Made by a program: the position numbers and the translations under genes. A DNA stretch of 64,000 bases, taken from contig CAVQJC010000005.1 of the NCBI GenBank assembly GCA_963712745.1, positions 160,001 to 224,000 on the forward strand. Direction: 5' to 3'. The DNA is from an uncultured Chloroflexia bacterium. GTDB lineage: Bacteria; Chloroflexota; Limnocylindria; Limnocylindrales; CSP1-4. Position 1 is the stretch's first letter, and each line of letters begins with the position of its first letter. The notes beneath the pieces are model-generated. The model did no database searches and was not told the origin of the DNA. It saw only the letters and a list, made by a program, of their open reading frames with translations. Shown here piece by piece: positions 10,604 to 20,358 of this stretch.

Positions 10604-11603
10604 TCATCCGCTGCTTCGACTCGCGACGATAGGCGGGGAAGAAACCCGACCGATCGGCGGGGTCGGCCCCGTGCTCGAGGCAGAGCTCCCGATAGCGTGC
10701 AGCGTTCAGGATGCGCTTGATGGCCAACCTCGGCCGGCGTTCACCCCCGAGTCGGCGCTTGGCCTCAGCCACTGAGTCGCCCTCTTGGACCCCACTGCCA
10801 ATCCCGAGCCAACGGACCTGTTGCCGCATCATCACTTCGACTACATACCACGTCAGCCCAAGCAGGAAACGGCGGCCATCCTCTGAGGCGACCGCAAACA
10901 GCAGCTCAGCGCAGTGGGCGGTCCGCGCCGCCAGGATGGCGGCAACAGGGCGGCCGCGCGGGTAGGCGACGACGGTCGAGCCTTCCATGTCGCATAGTCC
11001 CTGCAGAGTCAGCCTAGTCATCGCGTAGACCGGTTCAGCTCCTCGTGCCCGCATGAACGACGGAAACAGGTCCAAGAGCACGGCCCCTGCGGTCGCGTCG
11101 CCCTCGACGTACTGCGCCCGCTCATCATCGAACGACTTCAGGATCCGCCTGTAGTTCCGGGACATGCGGCGTGCTAGTCCGGTAGCACCGAGTGTGAGAT
11201 CGAGGAAGTACGCGGTATTCGAATGTGATGTATCAGGCAGCGTGCGCAGTCCGCCGGGAGCGAGTAGTGGGTGCAGCCCAAGATAGGCTGCGACCGCACC
11301 GGTTTGGGCACCATAGTCATCCAGCGCAGCCGAGAACCCAGCAGGATCCCCGTCGCCAACGGGACCTGCGAAGCCGAACGGCGTCACCAGGTCTGAATCC
11401 CGACCAAGACTGCGCTTCGATATCGGGCATAGGATGGTGGCGCCGGGATCTCCAGCGGCAAAGAGGAAGATCGGATCTGGCCACGACGCCTGCAGGGCCT
11501 GGTTGTATGCCCAGGTGTGGGCGATCGCGTGAGGCACTCGGGCGACCGCAGCCTCCCAGCGCGCACGATCGGACAGGCCGATCACTTGGAATCCTGCCGT
11601 CAT
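10587..11603 (-). CDS. FemAB/GNAT-like acyltransferase
   Basis: DLVTPFGFAGP, YFLDL, MSRNYRR, IGSG, AKRRLG, C-terminal FFPAYR. Confidence 0.7.
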   Translation of the reverse strand: MTAGFQVIGLSDRARWEAAVARVPHAIAHTWAYNQALQASWPDPIFLFAAGDPGATILCPISKRSLGRDSDLVTPFGFAGPVGDGDPAGFSAALDDYGAQTGAVAAYLGLHPLLAPGGLRTLPDTSHSNTAYFLDLTLGATGLARRMSRNYRRILKSFDDERAQYVEGDATAGAVLLDLFPSFMRARGAEPVYAMTRLTLQGLCDMEGSTVVAYPRGRPVAAILAARTAHCAELLFAVASEDGRRFLLGLTWYVVEVMMRQQVRWLGIGSGVQEGDSVAEAKRRLGGERRPRLAIKRILNAARYRELCLEHGADPADRSGFFPAYRRESKQRMSERDG

Positions 11604-12334
11604 CAGCGCTTCACGGGTAGCCGGTCCGCCTCCGCGAGGGCGTCGCTGGCCCGGTAGAGCCCTCGGCCCATGTAGCCGTGTGGTTCATGGAACCATTGGA
11701 GTCCGGCTGCCTCGAAGGCCTCATGGAATTGCACCTCGCTGAACAGGCCGAGCTCATGCCGCTCGGTGAAGCGATGAACCCGGTTCGATTCCGCCACGAG
11801 GTACTCGATGTCCAGGATGGCGAGATCGCCTTCCTGCTCCTGCACGTACATCCACGCCAGCCTAAGGTCAGGCTCGTCCACGAAGTTGGCGGCGACATGC
11901 CGCCTCCAGTAGCTGGCTGGCGTGAACCACGGCTCCACCAAGAGAAGACCGCCGGGAGCGAGATGCCTAGCCATCGAGGCGATCGCATCGCGGAGCCCCT
12001 GCTCGTCACGCGTGTATGCGATGGAGCTGAAGAGGCAACTCACGACGTCGAACGAGTTGCCGAGATCGAACCGCCGCATGTCCTCGACGAACAAGTCGGC
12101 ATCGGGAAGTCGGCCGCGCGCGATCTCGAGCATTTCGACGTTGAGGTCCAGGCCCGCTGTGACGAGGCGATCCCCGACGAGCTCCATGACCCTGCCCGTC
12201 CCACATGCAACGTCGAGCATGGTTCGCGCCTTCGGATCGTGCCGTCCGATATCCGCCAACAGGGCTTCAACCTCGCCCTGGTAGTCCTTGAACGCGTACA
12301 TCGAGTCGTAGAACCGGGAGGACTTGGTGTACAT
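11603..12334 (-). CDS. SAM-dependent methyltransferase, TylM1/DesVI-like dTDP-aminosugar N-methyltransferase
   Basis: MYTKSSRFYD..YAFKDY, MLDVACGTG, DMRRFDLG, SCLFSSIAY, LLLVEPWF, IEYLVA, EAFEAAGL, as recalled for TylM1/DesVI. Confidence 0.8.
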   Translation of the reverse strand: MYTKSSRFYDSMYAFKDYQGEVEALLADIGRHDPKARTMLDVACGTGRVMELVGDRLVTAGLDLNVEMLEIARGRLPDADLFVEDMRRFDLGNSFDVVSCLFSSIAYTRDEQGLRDAIASMARHLAPGGLLLVEPWFTPASYWRRHVAANFVDEPDLRLAWMYVQEQEGDLAILDIEYLVAESNRVHRFTERHELGLFSEVQFHEAFEAAGLQWFHEPHGYMGRGLYRASDALAEADRLPVKR

Positions 12335-12339
12335 GAGTG

Positions 12340-13272
12340 TCAGGTCCAGGGGTTGCGCCCGACGACGGGCCGAGAAAGGTAGCTGGGGAAGGTCAAAGTC
12401 TCCTCTGATCGACTCGCCTCGACAAGGTCCCGATAGCTGATCTTGTCCACGATCCGACCACCGAGCAGTGTCCCCTGAGTGCCCGTCGACCAACCCCGTT
12501 TGAAGTCGGCGAGCCCGTCCGACTGCCCGAATGGTCCGGCATTGGACCCGAGGTCGATCCATTCGATCCGGGATCCCGCCAGCCAGCTGATAGCCTCGGC
12601 AACGAGCGCGTAGGTGGCGGACACGTCGTACCCAGCCCGGGTCGAAGCCGCCAGGTGATAGTAGGCGGCGCTGCCCATGACGTACCACACCGTCATCGCC
12701 ACACACTCTCGGCCTTGCATCGCTAGAAACGCGACTGCACCCGGGGCGATCAACTGGTCGTGGTAGTACGAACGCGACTCGGCCTCGGGGCCTGACATTC
12801 CATGACGATCTGCCAGTACGCGGACCAGCGTCATCCAATCATCGAGTCGTTGGACCGGTTGGGACTCGAGTTCGACGGTCACCGACCGACTAGCCTGCCG
12901 GAGGCGATAGCGGTGGCCTTGGGGCAGCGAGCGATGAAGGACTGTGTGCACGACAAAGTGGTCCTTGTACTGCTCGAGGTGATCTGGAAACGCTCGCGAG
13001 AACTGCTCGGCCGTCGCGCGCATGAACGGGTCCGATACCCCCACGACAGAAACGACCCCGCCCATGTCGCTGAGGTCTTCGGCGAGTCCGTCCCAGTCCA
13101 GACAGTGAGTGCGCCGGTAACCGACGCGCGCATGCAGCAGCGGTGTGCCCTCTATCGGTCGCGTGAGAACCCACGCTGAACTCCGGGGCAACCGCCGCGG
13201 CTCGCCAAACGCGGTGAGCGAAGCACCATAGGCTTCGCTGAGGTAACCGACTAGTGCCGCGGGCTGGCTCAT
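12340..13272 (-). CDS. GNAT (BioF2/FemAB-like) acyltransferase
   Basis: AYYHLAAS, IDLGSNAG, GLADFKRGW, FPSY; paralog of 60670-61837. Confidence 0.7.
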   Translation of the reverse strand: MSQPAALVGYLSEAYGASLTAFGEPRRLPRSSAWVLTRPIEGTPLLHARVGYRRTHCLDWDGLAEDLSDMGGVVSVVGVSDPFMRATAEQFSRAFPDHLEQYKDHFVVHTVLHRSLPQGHRYRLRQASRSVTVELESQPVQRLDDWMTLVRVLADRHGMSGPEAESRSYYHDQLIAPGAVAFLAMQGRECVAMTVWYVMGSAAYYHLAASTRAGYDVSATYALVAEAISWLAGSRIEWIDLGSNAGPFGQSDGLADFKRGWSTGTQGTLLGGRIVDKISYRDLVEASRSEETLTFPSYLSRPVVGRNPWT

Positions 13273-14477
13273 TCCTCCCGCCCCAGCCGTTGATTGATGG
13301 CCCGCGGGGCCCGAACAGCCGCTCCGATCACTGCACAGACGGTATCGATCGCCTCGCCGTCAATGGCAGGCCCGGTCGGCAACGACAGCACCTCGTCAGA
13401 TAGTCGCTCGGTAACCGGGAGTCGAGGGGGTCGCCCCTTCGCAAGGCTGAGATATGGCTCCATCCGATGGCACCCGGGCGCGAAGTACCGGCGCGCCAGC
13501 ACGTTCTCGGCTATGAGCACTTCTTGGAGCGCGTCGCGATCGAATCCGACAGCCGACCGGTCTACCGAGATCACGATGTGCTGGTGGTTCCGTTGCTCGT
13601 TTCGGTCATGCTCCCAGAGGCGAATCCCCGGCAGATGCGCAAGACCCTCCGCATATCGCCTCTCATGCGTGCGGTTGACGTCGATCGTCGCTCGCATGGC
13701 GTCCAGGGATGTCAGGCCCATCGCCGCCGACGCCTCGCTCATCTTGGCGTTGGTTCCCCAATGGGCGGTCCGGTCGTAGTCCACGAATCCGAAGGAGCGC
13801 ATCGTCGCGAGCTTCGCTGCCAGCTCCTCATCGTTGGTCGTGATCGCACCCCCCTCGAAGGAGTTGACGAACTTGGTGGCGTGGAAGCTGAAAACCTCCG
13901 CGCGCCCGAACGTCCCCACCATCCTTCCACGATCCGAACAGGCGAAGGCGTGCGCAGCATCCAAGACGAGGGCGATCCCGTGCCGGCGCGCCACGGACTC
14001 GAGCGCTTCAGGAGAGCATGGCCGACCCCAAAGGTGGACCCCCACGATCGCACCGGTTGCCGGACTGATGAGTCGTTCCACGTGGGCTGGATCCAGGTTG
14101 CCTGTTCCTGGGTCGACGTCCGCGAACACCACTCGCATCCCCAGGCCGTGGAACACGTGCGCGCTCGAGATGAAGGTGAAGCTCGGGACGATGACCTCGC
14201 CCTCAAGCCCCAGTGCGACAGCGACTAGGTGGAGCCCTGAGGTCGCACTCGCCACGGCGATCGCATGACGGGCCCCGGTGATGGCCGCCACTCGCGCCTC
14301 GAACTCCTGTACGAGTGGGCCGCCATTGGTCAGGACCCGCTGCTCGAAAACCGACCGCATCCGCCTGAAGAAACGCTCCGGATCCCCGATACCCGGCCGC
14401 CCGACATGCAGCGGCTCTACGAAAGCCGGGCTCCCGCCCATAATCGCAAGTTCCCCGGCTGACTTCGGTGATGCCAC
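13269..14477 (-). CDS. DegT/DnrJ aminotransferase, DesI-like (dTDP-4-amino-4,6-dideoxyglucose transaminase)
   Basis: LAIMGGSPAF..PLHVGRP, LTNGGPLVQEFE, LDAAHAF, FSFHATKFVNSFEGG, GTNAKMSE. Start GTG 14477 or ATG 14519. Confidence 0.9.
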   Translation of the reverse strand: MASPKSAGELAIMGGSPAFVEPLHVGRPGIGDPERFFRRMRSVFEQRVLTNGGPLVQEFEARVAAITGARHAIAVASATSGLHLVAVALGLEGEVIVPSFTFISSAHVFHGLGMRVVFADVDPGTGNLDPAHVERLISPATGAIVGVHLWGRPCSPEALESVARRHGIALVLDAAHAFACSDRGRMVGTFGRAEVFSFHATKFVNSFEGGAITTNDEELAAKLATMRSFGFVDYDRTAHWGTNAKMSEASAAMGLTSLDAMRATIDVNRTHERRYAEGLAHLPGIRLWEHDRNEQRNHQHIVISVDRSAVGFDRDALQEVLIAENVLARRYFAPGCHRMEPYLSLAKGRPPRLPVTERLSDEVLSLPTGPAIDGEAIDTVCAVIGAAVRAPRAINQRLGREE

Positions 14478-14580
14478 GCCGCCAGTATCCGATATCCAAG
14501 GGCGGCCGCCGATACTCATCTTGAGACTCGCGCCGCGACCGTGCCCGGTGTCGGGCCCACATCCTAGACGGAGTGCAACG

Positions 14581-15237
14581 ATGGACGAGCCCCTCGACCA
14601 ACTGGTTTCAAGCCCACCCCTGCTCCATACATGGGACAAAGGCGGTTCGTGGAATACCGGAGGGTTCGACGGTACAGCGCTCGAAAGGCTGCATCGCCTG
14701 ACGACTGGCGCTGGCGTAGAACGAGTGTTGGAGACCGGAGCCGGCTGCTCGACACTCGCATTCATCCTCTCGGGCGTCGCCAGCGTGACGAGTGTCTTTC
14801 CCGATGCGGGACTCGCGAAGAGGATCGGCTCGTGGCTCGACGATCGAGGCGTCACCTACGGCGAGTGGGAGCCCGTACTCGGCATGAGCGAAGACGTGTT
14901 GCCGGACCTCACGCAGCCCGGCACTGCGGCCATCGACCTGGCCCTGATCGACGGCGGACATGGCTGGCCGACCGTGTTCGTCGACTTCTACTACATGAAT
15001 CGAGCGCTGCGTCAGGGCGGCCTGCTTGTCGTGGATGACCTTCAGCTATATGGCGTAGCCGAGCTCGCGCGTTTGTTGTCCGTGCAGCCCGGCTGGAGCT
15101 ACCACTCTGACGTGAGCCCCAAGACGGCTGTCTTTCGCAAGAACAACTCCGATGCGAGGCTTCCGGACTTCGGCGGCCAGCCATACATCCGCTTGCGCTC
15201 GAACCTTCCTGGAGCCAGATCTCATCTAACCCTTTGA
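14581..15237 (+). CDS. Class I SAM-dependent methyltransferase (Methyltransf_24-like)
   Basis: VLETGAGCST, DLALIDGGHGWPTVFVD, GGLLVVDD. Confidence 0.8.
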   Translation: MDEPLDQLVSSPPLLHTWDKGGSWNTGGFDGTALERLHRLTTGAGVERVLETGAGCSTLAFILSGVASVTSVFPDAGLAKRIGSWLDDRGVTYGEWEPVLGMSEDVLPDLTQPGTAAIDLALIDGGHGWPTVFVDFYYMNRALRQGGLLVVDDLQLYGVAELARLLSVQPGWSYHSDVSPKTAVFRKNNSDARLPDFGGQPYIRLRSNLPGARSHLTL

Positions 15238-15265
15238 CCCGCCTGATGCCCTTTCTCTGGGCAAG

Positions 15266-16172
15266 TCAATCTCGCAGGACGTCCACCGAAGTCGACAAAG
15301 CACGACCCGCCTGTCTGTAGTGCCGATTCCTCCAGGTGGCCGTGGCAGTTGGCAAGTACTCCGAAAGTTCTTCGTACTCATCAGCCAACGCCACTCGGAG
15401 ACTCTGATAGACCCTTGGCTCCATCTCCATCTGCTGGCCGACATGGTGTTGCTCCGTGACACGGCCGATGTCGAGTTCCTCGATCGGGAGCTCGAGCCAG
15501 GCGAGGATCCGGTCGACGAATCCGTGCGGAGAGTCTCTCACGTAGTCATACGTGTATGCCCGCACCTGGTCGGCGGGGAATGCGTCGTAGAACCGTCGCA
15601 GAGTGCGTGAGTACCTCGAAAGCTCGATGACATCGGGCCGGCTGGCGATCGCATGGGCGGCGTCGGGCACTTGCCCTTCTCGGACCAGCATCCGGACCTG
15701 CGACCAAGCGCGGTCGATCGGAATCGCGCACGATCAAGAGGATGCGAGCGTTGGGAGAGAGGCGAGCCATGTGTCGAATGGCCGGCGTGGGCAGCAGCGA
15801 GTACAGGGGATCTACTTCTGCGCATAGTTGATCAGGTGCGGCGTGGGCATAGATGCGTCCGTACCATTCATCGGTGACTTCCGGTTCCCCGATCAGATGC
15901 AGTAGATCGTCAGTGGAGTCCCCGATGGAGGCTGGGCCAAGGCGAGCACGCCGGAGCGCGATCGCCTGATCGGCTCCGAACCACCTTCTGCGGGCGGCCC
16001 ATTCAGCATCACCAGGCCGGTGGAGTTGGTTGTAGAAGTGCAACTCCTTCACAGGCGATACCCATACCCGTGGGTGAGCGCCAAGAAGTGCCTGCAGCCA
16101 AGTGGTCGCAGCCTTCTGTGCTCCGATGCAGTAGAAGTCCGGATACCGAAGTCCGACCAGGTTGTCAATCAT
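15266..16172 (-). CDS. Sulfotransferase (heparan-sulfate-ST-like); frameshifted by one extra base at ~15722
   Basis: PDFYCIGAQKAATT (5'-PSB) and KELHFY. Removing one T restores RDPIDRAWSQ (3'-PB) and joins ORF 15266-15691. Confidence 0.8.
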
Positions 16173-16537
16173 GGCCGCGTACGAGGATCGACCGTTGGAC
16201 GGGTACAACCCACGGCCTGGGGTGGACTCGGGCTGCGAAGGTGCTGCCGGGTACCGATGGTTATGCCTCCGCCGGTGGGTAGTGGGAGACGACTGCGCGA
16301 AGTACCACCGTATCAGCCTCCACGGATGGACGCGACCCTGACGCTCGATCCTCGAAGCCTGTCTTCGCGTCCGACCGCGGCAGGCTTCGACTACCGAAGA
16401 GGCCGTTCAGCTAGCCGCCGATCGAAGGCGACCGACGATCGAGCATTCCGACGCATGCGTCCGCTGCGTTGGGCGACCCTGTACGCGGTGGTGCGAGTAG
16501 GATTGTCCACGCCACCGAGGATGCGACAGGGAGGGTG

Positions 16538-17200
16538 ATGACTGACAGCAGCGGCACGGACCTGCCTCCGACTACCCGCCGGGAGCAAGACCTGGATCGA
16601 GGACTACGTACTCGCGGTACCAGTCACCTGGTGTCGGAGTTGGCACGTGTGACCGCGGGGCTGGAGGAGCTCGAGGAGCTGCTCCTTAAGATGGGTGAGC
16701 GGCTCGATACGCTAGAGGCATCTGTCGGAGCCTTGCACGTGCCGCTGGTGCGGGATTCGATGGTCCGTGGCATCGACGGCGTGCCCTCGGAGATCTCGAT
16801 CACCGCCGACATGCCGCTGGACCCAGCTGACGGGTTCCACGCCCTCGAGTACGACTCGGGCGGACGACCTTTCCGCTGGACTGGCGCCGCGGGAAACGTC
16901 TTCCGCTTCAGTGTGCCGCTCGATCGCCGGGCAAGAGTGGTAGCGAACCTCGCCCTCTGGGCGTTCGGCAGAGTCATGGCCGACGGCCCGACGTCGATCG
17001 CCTGCGAGGTGGACGGCGTTCGTGGCATAGCGAAGAGGTCAGCGATCACTGACGTGGACGCCGTGTTCGAGGTCGAGTTGCCGGCGAGTCCCAAGCGGAT
17101 GTCCGCGGTCCTCGCCTTCGAGGTTCCTACGGGCCCGCCCGAGAACTCGGAGGATGATCGCGAGATCGGTGTCCCGTTCCGCTACCTTCAGGTCGGCTAG
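16538..17200 (+). CDS. Hypothetical: coiled-coil plus beta-sandwich (GFHALE...PFRWTG...DDREIGV), typical of glycan loci
   Basis: Heptad stretch LARVTAGLEELEELLLKMGERLDTLE; SD GGAGGG before ATG. Confidence 0.6.
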   Translation: MTDSSGTDLPPTTRREQDLDRGLRTRGTSHLVSELARVTAGLEELEELLLKMGERLDTLEASVGALHVPLVRDSMVRGIDGVPSEISITADMPLDPADGFHALEYDSGGRPFRWTGAAGNVFRFSVPLDRRARVVANLALWAFGRVMADGPTSIACEVDGVRGIAKRSAITDVDAVFEVELPASPKRMSAVLAFEVPTGPPENSEDDREIGVPFRYLQVG

Positions 17201-17209
17201 AGGCGATCC

Positions 17210-18166
17210 GTGACGATGACGACACCGATCGTGGCCGCGGTCTGCACGTACGAGCGACACGACCTCCTCCGACAGGCCATCGGGAGCCTCGTCGGGCAGA
17301 CACTCCCACAGAGCGACTACCGCATCCTCGTCGTCGATAACTCGCCCCCGAGCGACCGGCGCGACCACGCGCAGCAGTCGTACTCGGACATCGCCAATCT
17401 CGCCTATGTCACGGTGGACACGCCCGGACTGTCGAACGCTCGCAACGTCGCGGCACGCGGAGCGGCAAGCGAGTACATCGCGTATCTCGACGATGATGCG
17501 GTCGCTGCCGAGGACTGGCTCGAGCAAGTGCTCGCCGTCTTCGAGCAGTTCGGCGACGCCGCGGGCATAGTCGGCGGCAAGGTCGAGCCCCTCTGGACCG
17601 CGCCTCGCCCAGCATGGCTCTCCGACGACATGTTGGGATCGCTGACGGTGGTCGACCTTGGCGACGTGACGCGTGAGAAGCACAAGGACGAGTGGATCGC
17701 CGGAGCGAACTTCTCCGTGCGCGTCGAGCCGCTGCTTGAGCATGGCGGGTTCGACACGAAGCTCGGACGGACCGGTGGCAACGTGCTGCTGTCGAACGAG
17801 GATGTCGCGTTCGTGGCGAAGTTCGAGGAAGCCGGCTACCGCACCATCTGGGCGCCCAAGGCCGTCGTCTCGCACCGGGTCGAGCCGGAACGCGTGACAC
17901 AGTCGTGGTTCAGGCGGCGATATGCATGGCAGGCGGTCTCCGACTTCATGTCTGATCCCGAGACGGCCAAGAGCCGGTCATCGGGAGACTGGCGAAACCT
18001 GGTCTCGTTCTTCAACGATCTACCCCCTCGCCTGCGAACCCCGCGAGGCCTGATGGTGGACCTCGATGACCCGGGCTTGGCTCGTCGGCAGATCGGCGTG
18101 GTGTATAGCGCGACAGCGCTGCTACTCGCGGGCGCGTCGCTGGACGATCTGGAGCGGGAGTCGTAG
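17210..18166 (+). CDS. Glycosyltransferase family 2
   Basis: VCTYER, LVVDNS, GLSNARN, AYLDDDA, GANFS, NEDV. Confidence 0.9.
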   Translation: MTMTTPIVAAVCTYERHDLLRQAIGSLVGQTLPQSDYRILVVDNSPPSDRRDHAQQSYSDIANLAYVTVDTPGLSNARNVAARGAASEYIAYLDDDAVAAEDWLEQVLAVFEQFGDAAGIVGGKVEPLWTAPRPAWLSDDMLGSLTVVDLGDVTREKHKDEWIAGANFSVRVEPLLEHGGFDTKLGRTGGNVLLSNEDVAFVAKFEEAGYRTIWAPKAVVSHRVEPERVTQSWFRRRYAWQAVSDFMSDPETAKSRSSGDWRNLVSFFNDLPPRLRTPRGLMVDLDDPGLARRQIGVVYSATALLLAGASLDDLERES

Positions 18167-18171
18167 GCGCC

Positions 18172-20358
18172 GTGCCACCGCCCTTCTCGGTCGCGGTGCT
18201 GTCGCCCGCCCCGACGTGGCCACTGGACTACGGGAATCGCAAGCGGATCCGTCGCGTATGCCATCAGCTGCAGGAGCTCGGAGGCAGGATCAGCTTCATC
18301 CTCTATGCCCTCGAGGACGACTGGCGACGACAGTACCCGCGGTATGCCTTGGAGGAGATGCGACGCCAGTGGGAGGACGTCCACCTGATCATCCCGACGG
18401 TGCCGTACCATCCGGCCGCACGCGGGCTGGATCACCACATCGACGAGTGGTGGGATCCCGCCATCGGCAGCTTCCTCGACTGGTACTTCCGTGCCCGGCG
18501 CCCAGACGCCATCGTCGTCAACTACCCGTACCTCAGCAAGGCGCTGGACCACGCTCCCTCGTCCTGCCTTCGCATCCTCGACATGCACGATCGGTTCGGG
18601 GACCGTCGGGACCTCCTGGCCGGGCTCGGCGTCGGCTCCGAGTTCTTCCACACGACACCCGAGGAAGAGGCAAAGGCGCTTTCGCGTGCCGACCTCGCGC
18701 TTGCGATCAAGGACGAAGAGGCCGTCTACTTCCGGTCCATCTGCACGACGCCGGTGTTCACGCTACCGCACATCGACCCGATCTCGAGTTGGAACCCGAC
18801 GACCGATGAGGACGGATACCTGCGCATCGGTCTCCTCGGGGCTCGGAACAGCGTGAACGTCACGAATACACGGCGGTTCCTTGACATCGCTCTGCCAAGG
18901 ATCACCGCGGAGATGGCCCCAATCAGGGTCGTCCTCGGGGGTTCGATGTGCCGCGACCTGTCCTCGTACGCCGGTCATCCGCTCGTCACGATGCTGGGTT
19001 CGCTGGAGCACATCGCGACGTTCTACGAGTCCATCGATGTTTCGGTCGTACCGATCGAGCAGTCGAGTGGCCAGAAGATTCGAGTGGGTGAAGCACTCAG
19101 TCTGGCGGTGCCCATCCTCGCTCACCGACATGCTTTCGAGGGATACGTACCCTCGCATCGGCTGCATCAGGTGGACAGCCTGGATGGACTCGTTGACGCC
19201 TGTATCGAGCTCTCGTTCGACCGCTCGGCGCTGTCGAGCCTGTCAGCCGCCTCGCATTCCTCACGCGTCCGCACCGAAGAGAAGTCGCGCGCGGCTATCG
19301 AGTCCATCGCTCGTCTGGCGCGATCGCACGTGCCTTCCAGCCTCTTCGTCGTGCCTGTCGCGGCGCTGTCAGAACAGCCCGAACTCAGGCTCCACATCGT
19401 CTCCGCCGCAGCACTCGCTGGCAGCTACTCACGCATGAGGGTGCTGCTCACCGGAGGGCCTCCGACGGACGACCTGGCTCCGTTGATATCCGTCCTCAGA
19501 AGCATGGGACAGGTCTTCGCTGTCGAACGCGGTCAACCCGAGGTCGACGCGGTCGTCGCGGACTCGCTTGAACTCGTAGCGTCGCTCGAGACGGTCGATG
19601 TCTGGTGCTACGACGAGTCCCAGCTTGCGACGCTCGCTGATCGACAGCTCAATGTGCTGGTGAGCTCGGGCTTTCCCCCCGGCGAGCGCAGCCTCCGATT
19701 GTTGCCGCCCGTGCACTGCGCCGTCGAAGGTCGAGTCGGCCTCGTCCACGTCCCCAGCCGGAACAGGGCTGACCCGCTCCGCGTGAGACAGGTCTTCCCA
19801 CTTGGTCTCATCAGCGACCACGCCGCAGACGTCCTGCCGGAGATGCTCGAGGCAGAACCAGTCGACGCGGCCCTCGTGGTCTCGGACACCGCGGCCGACC
19901 CACTCGTCGCGATCATCCTGGCGATCCTTCAGTCTGCGCGTGTCAGCACGACATTCACAGCGCCGACAGAGGTACTAGATGGACTCGGGGCCCTGCTGCG
20001 ACACGACCGCCTGGATCGCGGCTGGTCGCTTCGGACCATGGAGACGCCAGTCGCGCGCGAATGGCTCAGAAGCCAAGCCCCCAGGCTCGTATTCGACTGT
20101 GCGGTGAGTGATCCGGACATCGAGGCATCGATGCTGATCGTCGATGTCCACGCCCGTCGCGGACTGGGCGGGAAGCCGTGGCGTGCCAGCTATCCCGGGA
20201 AGAGCGTGAGACTTGACGTCGTGGTGAGGGACATCCTCGAGTACGTACGTTCGGGTAGCGACCAGCGGCTCTACGGCCGCACCCGTGCCGAGGATGGGTC
20301 GGTCTATCTCTACAATCAGCGTTCGTTGGAGTTCCTGCGGTACCCGATCACCGCCTAG
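18172..20358 (+). CDS. Glycosyltransferase family 4 with long C-terminal extension
   Basis: PLDYGNRKR, ILDMHD, RADLALAIK, SGQKIRVGEAL. Confidence 0.8.
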   Translation: MPPPFSVAVLSPAPTWPLDYGNRKRIRRVCHQLQELGGRISFILYALEDDWRRQYPRYALEEMRRQWEDVHLIIPTVPYHPAARGLDHHIDEWWDPAIGSFLDWYFRARRPDAIVVNYPYLSKALDHAPSSCLRILDMHDRFGDRRDLLAGLGVGSEFFHTTPEEEAKALSRADLALAIKDEEAVYFRSICTTPVFTLPHIDPISSWNPTTDEDGYLRIGLLGARNSVNVTNTRRFLDIALPRITAEMAPIRVVLGGSMCRDLSSYAGHPLVTMLGSLEHIATFYESIDVSVVPIEQSSGQKIRVGEALSLAVPILAHRHAFEGYVPSHRLHQVDSLDGLVDACIELSFDRSALSSLSAASHSSRVRTEEKSRAAIESIARLARSHVPSSLFVVPVAALSEQPELRLHIVSAAALAGSYSRMRVLLTGGPPTDDLAPLISVLRSMGQVFAVERGQPEVDAVVADSLELVASLETVDVWCYDESQLATLADRQLNVLVSSGFPPGERSLRLLPPVHCAVEGRVGLVHVPSRNRADPLRVRQVFPLGLISDHAADVLPEMLEAEPVDAALVVSDTAADPLVAIILAILQSARVSTTFTAPTEVLDGLGALLRHDRLDRGWSLRTMETPVAREWLRSQAPRLVFDCAVSDPDIEASMLIVDVHARRGLGGKPWRASYPGKSVRLDVVVRDILEYVRSGSDQRLYGRTRAEDGSVYLYNQRSLEFLRYPITA

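Noticed and set aside
10587-14477. Antibiotic (macrolide) biosynthetic cluster
   Set aside because: No PKS/NRPS, GT1 or DesII in the window; the context is Wzm/Wzt surface glycan.
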